From positions 4,544,001 to 4,608,000 of the forward strand of contig OZ240248.1 in NCBI GenBank assembly GCA_965198235.1: a DNA stretch of 64,000 nt. Direction: 5' to 3'. Below the pieces are notes generated by a model. It was not told the origin of the DNA. It made no database searches and saw only the letters and a program-made list of their open reading frames with translations. The DNA comes from Candidatus Poribacteria bacterium (GTDB lineage: Bacteria > Poribacteria > WGA-4E > WGA-3G). The translations under genes were made by a program, and so were the position numbers. Of the stretch, positions 8,465-17,785 are shown piece by piece; position 1 is the stretch's first letter, and every line of letters starts with the position of its first letter.

Positions 8465-10912
8465 ATGAAAAAGAAATACGTTCTACTCGTTGCCGTAGTA
8501 TTAAACACTACCCTCTTACTATCGGATATTTTCGCGCAAGACTATACAAAGTGGCATTTACCACCAGGGGCAAAAGCGCGTCTCGGCAAAGGCTGGATAA
8601 ATGACATAAAATTTTCACCTCACGGAGATCGGTTAGCTGTCGCAACAACCATTGGCGTTTGGATTTATGATATTCGCACTGGCAAAGAAGTTGATTTGAT
8701 AACGGATGTCTATACTGACGAGGCAAAACTAAAGTTATTCCCTGAATCTATGGGTGGAGCCAATGCTATTTCGTATTCCCCAGGTGGAATTATCCTTGCA
8801 GTGGCACACTGGGACAGGAAGATTAGATTGTGGGATGTCAGCAGCGACTATCGCAATTCAATGCCTACTTCTACTTCCCCAGAACCTCTATCTATTTTTG
8901 AAGGACACACAGGGGCTGTCTATGATATCGCATTCTCCCCGGATGGCAGTCTGCTTGCCAGTGGAAGTGCAGACAACACTATCCGAATCTGGAATGTCCA
9001 CGACGAAAAACTGATTTCAATTCTACCATATAGGGATTCTGTGTATACCGTGGCGTTCTCACCAGACAATCGACTATTGGCTGGTGGAAGTGGAGATGGT
9101 ACCATTCAAGTCTGGGATGCTGGTACAGGGGACCAAATCTACGAGTTTAAAGAACATAAAGACTCGGTTTGGGCAGTAGATTTTTCACCTGACAGAACCA
9201 GTCTTGCAAGTGCTAGCCTAGACGGTTCCGTCCGGCTGTGGAGTCTTGTTGCTGCTGGAGGAGAACTTCATGCACCAGCACAACATAATATGCCGGTATA
9301 CGCAGTGAAATTCTCTCCCAATGGAAGTTCCTTTGCCACAGGCAGCGCGGACAAATTGATCCAACTATGGGACACGAGCACAGCAGAACGTAATTCTTCC
9401 CTGACAGGACATAAAGATTTAGTGTCAGATGTGGATTTCTCCCCAGATGGGAACACTCTTGCCAGTGGTAGTGCAGATGGTACAATAGTGTTATGGGATA
9501 GAGTTGGTGCAAGGGCGAGAATTGAGATACCAGGACATACCGGTGGAGTCAAGGCTTTGGTGTACACAGAGGATAACCGTGTTCGCGCATGCGGTACTGG
9601 ATTAGATGGCAAACTCCGACTGTGGGACGCGGGCACAAGCAGCGAACTTTCTATACTCCGAGAACACACAGGCTTAACGCAAGCAGTTGCTTTTTCTAAA
9701 AATGGCAAAATACTTGCCAGTGGTGGGGACGAAGATGACACGATTTTCTTATCTGATGTTCCCAAGGTTCTTATGAATAGCAAAAGCTTAGATACAGAAA
9801 GTTTAATCTCTACACTATCAGGAAATACACATGGCATTACTGCGCTTGCATTCTCACCCGCTGACACCACACTCGCTAGTGGTGGCAAGGACGGGAGAAT
9901 TTACCTAATAAATATTGATACTCGACGAGGACTCAAAACACTCAGAGGTTCCCAGAGTACTGTTACCGCGTTGACATTCGTCCACGACGGTACTGTTCTT
10001 TTCAGTGGTGAAGAAAACGGAAGCGTGCGTCAGTGGAATGCACTGAGCGGGGAAGAAGATCGCGTTGCTGAACCTGATTCTAATCCTATCACCGCCTTAG
10101 CATTTTCTCGTAATGCTCGCTTTCTCGCAATCGGGAATGAGATAGGAACAATTTGGTTATTTGATGCTGTTGAAAAACATCGGAGAGAAATCACCACTCG
10201 TCACACCCGTAAGATAACTGCTCTCGTTTTTTCCAAAGACGACACCACACTCGTCAGTGGTAGTGAAGACGGCACCATCCTACTCTGGAATGTGTGGGGT
10301 CAACCATCTCAAACAGAAGAAATTCATAGACTAAAAAAGCATAAGGCAACACCACTCATTCAAAGTGCGCTTAATTCCACCGTTCATTTGAAAATAGGGA
10401 CAGGAGAAGGACAAGACTCACAAGGGAGCGGATTCTTCGTCCACCCGGGTTATGTTGCGACTAACTACCACGTTATTAAAGGTGCAGAGGCGGCTTATGT
10501 GAAATCCGTTGCAAATGATACAACATACACCGTTGAGGAAGTCACAGCGATAAATGAAAAACACGATCTCGCCATCATCAAGATTTCCAGTACTGAGCAT
10601 CCAGTCCTGGACCTCGGCAATAGCGATGACGTTCACATAGGTGAAACTATCTACACCATCGGTAATCCCAAAGGTTTGCAAGGGACAGTTTCAAGGGGCA
10701 TTATCAGTAGTATACGAGATTTTGGTGATAGAGGCGAACGTATCCAGATTGACGCACCAATTTCTCCCGGAAACAGCGGCGGTCCTGTCCTAAACGAAAA
10801 GGGTAAGGTAATAGGTGTGTCAGTTTCTGTACATCGAGATTTAGATGCCCAGAACCTCAATTTCGCAGTTCCATCAAATTATCTCAAGGAATTGCTCCGC
10901 AGAGTAGAGTGA
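8465..10912 (+). CDS. Secreted WD40-repeat protein with C-terminal trypsin-like serine protease domain
   Basis: Signal peptide; >10 GH..V..VAFSPDG..LASGS.D..I.LWD repeats; TNYHV, D, PGNSGGP catalytic triad motifs. Confidence 0.92.
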   Translation: MKKKYVLLVAVVLNTTLLLSDIFAQDYTKWHLPPGAKARLGKGWINDIKFSPHGDRLAVATTIGVWIYDIRTGKEVDLITDVYTDEAKLKLFPESMGGANAISYSPGGIILAVAHWDRKIRLWDVSSDYRNSMPTSTSPEPLSIFEGHTGAVYDIAFSPDGSLLASGSADNTIRIWNVHDEKLISILPYRDSVYTVAFSPDNRLLAGGSGDGTIQVWDAGTGDQIYEFKEHKDSVWAVDFSPDRTSLASASLDGSVRLWSLVAAGGELHAPAQHNMPVYAVKFSPNGSSFATGSADKLIQLWDTSTAERNSSLTGHKDLVSDVDFSPDGNTLASGSADGTIVLWDRVGARARIEIPGHTGGVKALVYTEDNRVRACGTGLDGKLRLWDAGTSSELSILREHTGLTQAVAFSKNGKILASGGDEDDTIFLSDVPKVLMNSKSLDTESLISTLSGNTHGITALAFSPADTTLASGGKDGRIYLINIDTRRGLKTLRGSQSTVTALTFVHDGTVLFSGEENGSVRQWNALSGEEDRVAEPDSNPITALAFSRNARFLAIGNEIGTIWLFDAVEKHRREITTRHTRKITALVFSKDDTTLVSGSEDGTILLWNVWGQPSQTEEIHRLKKHKATPLIQSALNSTVHLKIGTGEGQDSQGSGFFVHPGYVATNYHVIKGAEAAYVKSVANDTTYTVEEVTAINEKHDLAIIKISSTEHPVLDLGNSDDVHIGETIYTIGNPKGLQGTVSRGIISSIRDFGDRGERIQIDAPISPGNSGGPVLNEKGKVIGVSVSVHRDLDAQNLNFAVPSNYLKELLRRVE

Positions 10913-10926
10913 TACTCACCACGCGA

Positions 10927-10974
10927 AACAGCGGCATTGCGCGAATCTCATAACATCCGCGCGATGCCGCTGTT
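10927..10974. terminator. Long hairpin between convergent genes (probable terminator)
   Basis: aacagcggcattgcgcg / cgcgcgatgccgctgtt inverted repeat. Confidence 0.6.
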
Positions 10975-11009
10975 CAAGTAAACCTGCTATTCGTGTGGAT
11001 TCCTATTCA

Positions 11010-11780
11010 CTACTCCTTAATCACGAAGAATTTTTCCTCTTTAATCCGTTCTTCAGGGAAACGCGCGCGCGCCCAGATCGCCTTCGCATTCTCGATCATC
11101 TGTGGATGTCCGCACGCATAGGCGACCGCATTCGTATGATCGAAACCGAGTTGATCGCCGTACTTCCGAACCACATCTTCGGCACGTCCGCTCTCACCTT
11201 GCCACTCCGGATCCTCCCACGGACGACTTACCGTCGGGACGAATGTGAACCACTCTTCTTGTGCCGCGAGTTCATTGAGCTCATCCATGTAATACCCAAG
11301 CTCCCATGAACGACTCGCACCGACGATCGCTACGATCTGATGTGGACTCGCCTTGCCTTGTTCCTGTTCAATTTTTTGTGTCCGCGCAATACTAATATAC
11401 GGCGCAGCACCCGTGACAGTCCCTGCCATCACGTGGCGTGTCATCCCGTTCTCCGTGTCCAAGACAAATCTTCCGACGAGACGTTCCCGGAAAAACACGC
11501 TGTCGCCCAGTTTCAATTCCCAAAACAGCGGGGTCGTCACACCCTCCGGTACCAATTCCACGAAAACCTCCATAAACGGTTCGTGTGGTGAGGAAACTAT
11601 CGAATACGGACGTTGGACAATCTTTTCATCAACCTCAAAACCGATAGTGGCGTATTGCCCGGGTATGAACGGCAGCTGCTTATCAACACGGAATTTGAAC
11701 GCGGCTAAATCTTCAGAAAAGTCCTCGCGTTCAATCAATTCACCTTTACAATATTGCGATCTGGAGCGTCTTCTTTGCAT
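11010..11780 (-). CDS. fpr: Ferredoxin/flavodoxin--NADP+ reductase
   Basis: PGQY, RPYSIVS FAD motif, GTVTGAAPY, YACGHPQM, C-terminal EKF; start placed at ATG 11780. Confidence 0.85.
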   Translation of the reverse strand: MQRRRSRSQYCKGELIEREDFSEDLAAFKFRVDKQLPFIPGQYATIGFEVDEKIVQRPYSIVSSPHEPFMEVFVELVPEGVTTPLFWELKLGDSVFFRERLVGRFVLDTENGMTRHVMAGTVTGAAPYISIARTQKIEQEQGKASPHQIVAIVGASRSWELGYYMDELNELAAQEEWFTFVPTVSRPWEDPEWQGESGRAEDVVRKYGDQLGFDHTNAVAYACGHPQMIENAKAIWARARFPEERIKEEKFFVIKE

Positions 11781-11941
11781 AATTGTTCCCTTCAAATTTT
11801 CTATAACAAGCTTACCCCTTTCCAGTAACGGGTGGGGACCCCGGCGTTGCAAACTACACCGAACAGAAAATGATAGAATTTTGATGACCTTTTTAATATA
11901 TTATACTTAAAACGAAAATCAAGATCAAGTCTTTTTATTTT

Positions 11942-12088
11942 TGGGATGTTCTCACTGGGGATCTAATTGGCACACTCGACGCTGTTGAGAACGTTAATGC
12001 CTTAGCCCTTTCTCCAGATGGAAAAACATTCGCAAGCGGAAGTAACGATACCACAACCCTCCTCTGGGATTGGGAGAAACTCAAATAG
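11942..12088 (+). pseudogene. Orphan C-terminal WD40 fragment
   Basis: Translates WDVLTGDLIGTLDAVENVNALALSPDGKTFASGSNDTTTLLWDWEKLK*; no start codon or upstream coding continuation. Confidence 0.75.
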
Positions 12089-12095
12089 CCGGCGG

Positions 12096-12140
12096 CGGTC
12101 GGCTATCAGCTGACTGCTGATTGCTGACCGCTGACAGCCA
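12096..12140. repeat. Heptamer (GCTGAN N) tandem/inverted repeat
   Basis: gctgact gctgatt gctgacc gctgaca preceded by the partly complementary cggtcggctatcagc. Confidence 0.65.
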
Positions 12141-12143
12141 TGT

Positions 12144-13580
12144 CTACATCTCCGCCAACTTCTTCTGAAGCCACTGCGTCATCGGTGCTTGCCCCGGATC
12201 GCAGACCTCAATGAAATGTCCCGGTAGGGGTTGTCCGATCAACGCCTCGATATCCCGTCGCCGCTCGGCAACAATCGCAGGATGCGCACTCGCAACGTTT
12301 ACCTTTTCCTCTGGATCATTCCGTACATCAAAGAGTTCATCACCGTTCTCATCTTGATAGCCGACTGAAGTGCAGAAGTTCCAGTGATCATCACGCACAC
12401 TGACGCGACCGCGAGCGTTGCCCGTAATAAATCCTGCCCAACCCGTGATAACTCGTTCACGGAGTAACGCCTTTTCCTGCGTAACGAGTTTCCACATATC
12501 CTCGCCATCCGTCCAACCGCACGGAATGTCAAGCAGATTTAGGAGTGTCGGCATCAGATCGTGGTTCTGCACGAACGCAAAAATGTCCTTGTCATTCGGT
12601 CCCTCCGGATGCCGAACCATCAGGTTCAACTGCGTATTGAAGGGATGTAACTTGTTCGGTCCCTTCCCGAAACTCCCGTGGTCGCGGAGTTGTGTGCCGT
12701 GGTCGGACATCAGGACAATCAATGTGTCGTCTCGGATGTTCAGTTGCTCTATCTTGTCAAGTAACACGCCGACCCATTTATCGACAAACGTCACTTCGCC
12801 GAGGTAGAGTGCCTCAATTCGACGAAGTTCATCTTCCGTAGGTCCACCGCCTTCGTTCGCGCTGCCCGGCGTAATGAAATCCTTGCCCGAATAGTCGGGG
12901 AAATAGAGATCCGCGTAAGATTTAGGGGGATCCCACGGCTCATGCGGGTCGAAACTGTCCACCCAGAGGAAGAACGGATCGACGGTATGATTGTCCTGGA
13001 GCCAATCAGCTGCGGCACGGAAGACGCGGGCACAACTATAATCATCCTCCGATTGCCGATGCCGTTGCGACAACAAGTAGTTGACGAGTCCGGCATGTCG
13101 TTGCCAGTTAAGCGGTTCACGGACATGTTTCCGGAGTTGCTCCTCAATCAACCTCGGATCACCGCTGTGCCAGTTATCCGATTCCTGCCCGCGGATGAAA
13201 TCGAAATGCGCAAACCCGCGCGAGAAATTCATCGTCGGCTTGAACATGTGATACGTATCGGCAATCAGTGCAGTGAGATAGCCGCGCTCAAGTAGGACTT
13301 CAGCGATCGTATCCTGTTCGGGTGGAATCTTATGCCAACCGGGGGCATGATGCCAATGTCCGCGCCGGTCGAAATTATACTTCCACGGGAAACTCCGCAT
13401 TCCCGTAAAGTTGGCGCGGCGTACCTGAAGCGTCGGTTGCCCCTCACCAAATGCGCGTGTGAAACGGACGCTCTCCGATGCCAAGGCATCAAGGTTCGGG
13501 GTCTGCACGTGGCTATATTTCTTACCTTCACCGATGATGTCTGCGCGAAACGTGTCCAAACAGATACAGACAATGTTCAT
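12144..13580 (-). CDS. Sulfatase-like (alkaline phosphatase superfamily) hydrolase
   Basis: NIVCICLDTFRAD, FDPHEPWDPP, MSDHG, DLMPTLL, ELFDV..DPEE motifs. Confidence 0.88.
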   Translation of the reverse strand: MNIVCICLDTFRADIIGEGKKYSHVQTPNLDALASESVRFTRAFGEGQPTLQVRRANFTGMRSFPWKYNFDRRGHWHHAPGWHKIPPEQDTIAEVLLERGYLTALIADTYHMFKPTMNFSRGFAHFDFIRGQESDNWHSGDPRLIEEQLRKHVREPLNWQRHAGLVNYLLSQRHRQSEDDYSCARVFRAAADWLQDNHTVDPFFLWVDSFDPHEPWDPPKSYADLYFPDYSGKDFITPGSANEGGGPTEDELRRIEALYLGEVTFVDKWVGVLLDKIEQLNIRDDTLIVLMSDHGTQLRDHGSFGKGPNKLHPFNTQLNLMVRHPEGPNDKDIFAFVQNHDLMPTLLNLLDIPCGWTDGEDMWKLVTQEKALLRERVITGWAGFITGNARGRVSVRDDHWNFCTSVGYQDENGDELFDVRNDPEEKVNVASAHPAIVAERRRDIEALIGQPLPGHFIEVCDPGQAPMTQWLQKKLAEM

Positions 13581-13584
13581 AATA

Positions 13585-14298
13585 TTACGCCCCTCTCATC
13601 TCTTCAAGGATCATTTGGACAGCCTCCTCCGGATCCTCTGCCTCAATAATCGGTCTACCGACAACAATGTAATCCGCGCCTCGCCGAATCGCCTCTGCCG
13701 GTGTAGTGATACGCCGTTGGTCGTCGCTTTCTGCCCACTTTGGACGAATGCCCGGTGTCACAATCAAGAAGTTATCGCCACACGTTCTTCGGATCGGTTC
13801 AATTTCCAAGGGGGAAGCAACTACACCATCTAAACCCGCCTCCTGAGCTAACTGCGCCAGATAGACGACCTGATCTGTCAGTTGTCGTTCTGAGCCAAAG
13901 TCCCGTTGAAAGCCGGTTTCGTCAATGCTCGTTAGAATGGTCACACCGAGTAGCACAGGCGGCAGAATATCGCGTTCGACAGATACTTTGTATGCGCTCC
14001 TCCGTGCTGCCTCCATCATCTCAAGTCCACCGGCGGCGTGCATGTTAATCATGTGTGCGCCGTGTTTGGTCATCGTGCCGACATCGCGTGCTACCGTGTT
14101 CGGGATGTCGTGGAACTTCAGGTCAAGAAAGACTTTCTGTCCGCGCTCGTTCATCCATGGAAAAGCCTCAAGTCCAAGGACCCCGAACGCTTGAAAACCG
14201 AGCTTAACCCAAGGGACTCTGTTCATAAGCGTTTCAGATAACCAGTCAATCTCTTCACCATCATCCGTATCCAATGCGACGATCAATCTGTCTCTCAA
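13585..14298 (-). CDS. pyrF: Orotidine-5'-phosphate decarboxylase
   Basis: LIVALD, FLDLKFHDIPNTV, VTPGIRP, DDQRR, VVGRPI. Confidence 0.97.
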   Translation of the reverse strand: MRDRLIVALDTDDGEEIDWLSETLMNRVPWVKLGFQAFGVLGLEAFPWMNERGQKVFLDLKFHDIPNTVARDVGTMTKHGAHMINMHAAGGLEMMEAARRSAYKVSVERDILPPVLLGVTILTSIDETGFQRDFGSERQLTDQVVYLAQLAQEAGLDGVVASPLEIEPIRRTCGDNFLIVTPGIRPKWAESDDQRRITTPAEAIRRGADYIVVGRPIIEAEDPEEAVQMILEEMRGA

Positions 14299-14711
14299 TT
14301 TTCGGCCTCCGTGTTCGTGTTAGGGACCCGTTGGGCTCTACACTTTTCAATGCGCGCAGCCAGTTCCGGAATTTGTGTATGGTCATATCTTTCAATAAGC
14401 ATGATAGCAAATTCCATCAATGGCGCGAAAATGTGATGTTCGTTTTCACGCACGACATCAGTTAATTCACCCAGCAGAACTACAAGGTGTTCATAGTCGT
14501 CTTCGGTCAAAGCGGTGATGTTGTCATCTTTGTACGCGTCAACCGCATGAATTAAAACTTCTAAGGCTGCTGCAGGCGATTGCGAATTGCTATGCTTGTC
14601 CTGCTTCAATTCTACTCGCGATACGCTATGTGTACAATGCTCAAGTGCCGATCTAGCGTTCGGATATTTCTGTGCGAAGTCCTTCAGTGGTTTGTATGGA
14701 CCCGTATGCAT
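14295..14711 (-). CDS. Hypothetical protein resembling fused HigB N-terminus and HigA N-terminal fragment
   Basis: KPLKDFAQKYPNARSALEH (HigB-like start); EDDYEHLV..L.EL.D.V.ENEHH..A.LME...LIERY (HigA-like N-domain); similarity by eye. Confidence 0.5.
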   Translation of the reverse strand: MHTGPYKPLKDFAQKYPNARSALEHCTHSVSRVELKQDKHSNSQSPAAALEVLIHAVDAYKDDNITALTEDDYEHLVVLLGELTDVVRENEHHIFAPLMEFAIMLIERYDHTQIPELAARIEKCRAQRVPNTNTEAEN

Positions 14712-14732
14712 TCGTTTCCCCTACGTTCTCTC

Positions 14733-16241
14733 CTACAATATCGTTGCAATTGGCTTCCTTAAAACTTCATCAACGATTCGCAGCGTCTCTCGGCGCGCGT
14801 CATCAATTTGCGTCTGGCGAGCATCAATATGCGCCGCAATCTCATTCAGTTGTTCCGCAAAGTTGTCTATCATCCGACGCACCTCTGCAGGCGACGTGCC
14901 ACCGAGGCTCTGATTATTCTGAATCGCCAATTTTGCATCAAGCACCTGTTTCAGCTGCGAAATTGGGACATCAACCTCTCGCTGTTTTAAGAGTTTCTGT
15001 GTTAATTCCCAATCGGCGAACGTTTTTCCGCGCTGCACGAGTTCCCCGACAAGCCATCCTACAATCTCATGGCACTCCCGAAAACTGATTTGACGCTCCT
15101 TAACGAGATAATTTGCCAACTCCGTTGCCGTTGCGAAGTTCGCATTCGCCAATTCAGCCATCCGTTCCGTTTTAAAATCCGTCGTTTTGAGAAGTTCTGG
15201 TAGCAGACCGAGGCACGCTTTCACAATATCGAACGCCTCCCACAGCGGCGGCTTATCCTCCTGAAAATCGCGATTGTAGCCCATCGGTAAGCCCTTAAGA
15301 TTCGTCAACAGGTCGAGCAATGCACCATAGACGCGCCCTGTGCGACCTCGTGTCAGTTCCGCAATGTCGGGATTCTTCTTCTGCGGCATGATGGAGCTTC
15401 CGAAACTATAGGCATCGTTAAGCACCGCCACTCCAAATTCATAAGTCGTCCAATAGACGATTTCTTCGCTGATTCGCGAGAGATTCGCCATTACAAGCGA
15501 CAACGCAAAGAGCGTCTCTGCAATAAAATCTCGGCTGCTGATGACATCAAGAGCGTGTTCGTGTGGCGCGTCGAAACCGAGCAGTGTCGTCGTCAGGTGC
15601 CGATCAATTGGGAATGTCGTGCCAGCCAAAGCGCACGCGCCGAGAGGGTTCGTATTGGCGAGTGCATACGCAGATTGCAGACGTTTCTGATCCCGCAGAA
15701 ACATACTCACATAAGCCGTCGCCCAGAAACCGAGGCTAATCGGTTGTGCGTGTTGGGTATGCGTGTAGCCGGGCATGACGGCATCCGTATGCGCTTTCGC
15801 AATATGTAGGAATGCCTCACAGAGTTCGGAGAGACCGCGCTGGACGTTGAGAATTTCATCCCGAATGTAGAGGTGCGCATCGACAAGTACCTGATCGTTA
15901 CGAGAACGAGCGGTGTGGAGTTTACCGCCGAATTCGCGTCCAGCGTTCTCAATCAGATACGATTCGACGTTCATGTGTACGTCCTCTTTATTTGGATCGA
16001 GCGTAAAATCGCCGTTCTGAAAATCCGCCTCTGCCTTTCGGAGCCAGTGTAAAATCTCGCGGAGGTCAGCATCGGAGATAATCCTTTGCCGAGCGAGCAT
16101 AATCGCATGCGCTTGGCTTCCCCAAATATCGTATCCGATGAGGCGCGTATCGACTTCAATGGAGTGCGTGAAGGCTATTGTCTCTGTGGTGAGGCTTGTG
16201 CTGAAACGTCCACCCCAGAGGGTTTTTTGTGGCTTTCCCAT
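14733..16241 (-). CDS. argH: Argininosuccinate lyase
   Basis: LWGGRF, EDVH, HTARSRNDQ, PGYTH.QHAQP, GSSIMPQKKNPD. Confidence 0.98.
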   Translation of the reverse strand: MGKPQKTLWGGRFSTSLTTETIAFTHSIEVDTRLIGYDIWGSQAHAIMLARQRIISDADLREILHWLRKAEADFQNGDFTLDPNKEDVHMNVESYLIENAGREFGGKLHTARSRNDQVLVDAHLYIRDEILNVQRGLSELCEAFLHIAKAHTDAVMPGYTHTQHAQPISLGFWATAYVSMFLRDQKRLQSAYALANTNPLGACALAGTTFPIDRHLTTTLLGFDAPHEHALDVISSRDFIAETLFALSLVMANLSRISEEIVYWTTYEFGVAVLNDAYSFGSSIMPQKKNPDIAELTRGRTGRVYGALLDLLTNLKGLPMGYNRDFQEDKPPLWEAFDIVKACLGLLPELLKTTDFKTERMAELANANFATATELANYLVKERQISFRECHEIVGWLVGELVQRGKTFADWELTQKLLKQREVDVPISQLKQVLDAKLAIQNNQSLGGTSPAEVRRMIDNFAEQLNEIAAHIDARQTQIDDARRETLRIVDEVLRKPIATIL

Positions 16242-16255
16242 ATTCCGTCAACTGC

Positions 16256-16684
16256 CTACTCTTCAGGATAATCTTCGGGTTTTGGTGGTGGCGGTTCGTT
16301 GAAGGGTTGATTGTTCGCAGCTGCTTCGGCTCGCCGCTTCTCCCATGCGAAATACTGACGGAATTCGGCAATCGTTTCCGCTCTCCCTTGTGCCTTACCT
16401 TCAGCAATACCTTCGGCTCTCGTTTTTTCCATCAGACTTGTCAATCTAATCATGATTTCACCTACTATCTCAAATGTACCTACAATCCCAACAATCATAG
16501 GTAGTATCGCCGTAGAAACATGCCGCATTGTAACAAACACTGTTTCCATCGTTTCTTGTGCTTTACCGCTCTGATACCGCCATACGACGACAGCATAGAT
16601 AATCGTTGCGACAAACAGCGTGAAAATCTCCACGCTTATCCAATCCTGCCGCGTCGATAAGAGCGGGGATCTCTGTTTCCCCAC
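16256..16684 (-). CDS. Small membrane protein (2 TM) with AEG-repeat helix and Pro-rich tail
   Basis: Two hydrophobic segments, RAEGIAEGKAQGRAE, NEPPPPKP; GTG start. Confidence 0.65.
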   Translation of the reverse strand: MGKQRSPLLSTRQDWISVEIFTLFVATIIYAVVVWRYQSGKAQETMETVFVTMRHVSTAILPMIVGIVGTFEIVGEIMIRLTSLMEKTRAEGIAEGKAQGRAETIAEFRQYFAWEKRRAEAAANNQPFNEPPPPKPEDYPEE

Positions 16685-16770
16685 TCAAAAAAACTCCTTT
16701 AACGCTCTCTATTGTATAGGATTTCAATCGAGAAGCCAAGACAGACAGTAGCCCTCTCAATCCCCCCACA

Positions 16771-17625
16771 TCATACAATATTCGGGGGTCTACGCGGTGC
16801 CGTTGGTTGGATAATCTTGCGTTGATCCGGTGTCAAACGTGCCAATAACTCCTTCGAATGCGGATAATCAAAACGCTCACGGACATATCTCGGAGAATAG
16901 CGATAGACGATCGACCGACGATACCCCTCATTCGTCCGTTCTGCTGACCCGTGTGTAATCGCGTCTGTGAACATCACCACATCTCCTGCCTTGAGATAGA
17001 TCTCCTTCGTCCCAAAAGCTGTCCCTGCGGGTTTACCGCTCACACCGTCGTAAACCAAGCCTTTCCCATCGACCTTCAAACGCGGGTGAACCTCTGTGCA
17101 TTTATGACTCCCTGGCACCAATACTGGCGCGCCATCGCCCGGTCCAATATCGTCCAGTGCCATCAGGACGTTAATCTGTCCTACCATCCATTCGCCGGTG
17201 TTCTCCTGTCGGAATGTCAGGTAACTCAGCGGGACATGTCCACCACAATGGATATGAATGAAACCGCCGGGACCGCGGACGTTAAGGAAATTCTCGTGGA
17301 TAGAAAGCCCGTTGACTTCGTGGACGTATTTTCGTACCAGACCGATCCATGACGGATGGTCGATGAGTTTCTGAAAAACGTCCCCACCCTCAATGATATT
17401 CTGGAAATTCACGCCGTTTTCGATGTTGTAGGTATGCGTTTCGATGTTCCCGAGCCAGCGTGGGATCCGTCTGTCCTCGGTTTCTTCCTCCCAAGGATCT
17501 TCAACGTAAGCCCACTGCGCATCGATCCACTCGTTCATTTCATCCAGATCGGGTTTTGAAATCGCATTCTCCAAAATCAGATAGCCTTGTAGGTCGAACA
17601 GATAATCTTTTAACTCTTGGTCCAT
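16771..17625 (-). CDS. Phytanoyl-CoA dioxygenase (PhyH) family 2OG-Fe(II) oxygenase
   Basis: YLFDLQGYL, DG...VPGSHK, KAGDV..F....HGS, RR motifs; start set at MDQELK after GGAG. Confidence 0.88.
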   Translation of the reverse strand: MDQELKDYLFDLQGYLILENAISKPDLDEMNEWIDAQWAYVEDPWEEETEDRRIPRWLGNIETHTYNIENGVNFQNIIEGGDVFQKLIDHPSWIGLVRKYVHEVNGLSIHENFLNVRGPGGFIHIHCGGHVPLSYLTFRQENTGEWMVGQINVLMALDDIGPGDGAPVLVPGSHKCTEVHPRLKVDGKGLVYDGVSGKPAGTAFGTKEIYLKAGDVVMFTDAITHGSAERTNEGYRRSIVYRYSPRYVRERFDYPHSKELLARLTPDQRKIIQPTAPRRPPNIV

Positions 17626-17785
17626 GTTCCGTCTCCTTAGCCAGCAGGCGTAGTTTATGGCGATTAAGAATTTAATCGAGTCATCTGAACGTGCTATAAA
17701 TAGCACTACTACGAGCAAAGCAGTTTGTAGTGGGGAAACCCATCATCGCCGCTCATCGGTTCAGATTACCCAAATCATTCTAAAA

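Noticed and set aside
11866-11885. Fur-box-like sequence upstream of fpr (gaaaatgatagaattttga)
   Set aside because: Only half matches the consensus and lies in AT-rich DNA; not supportable.
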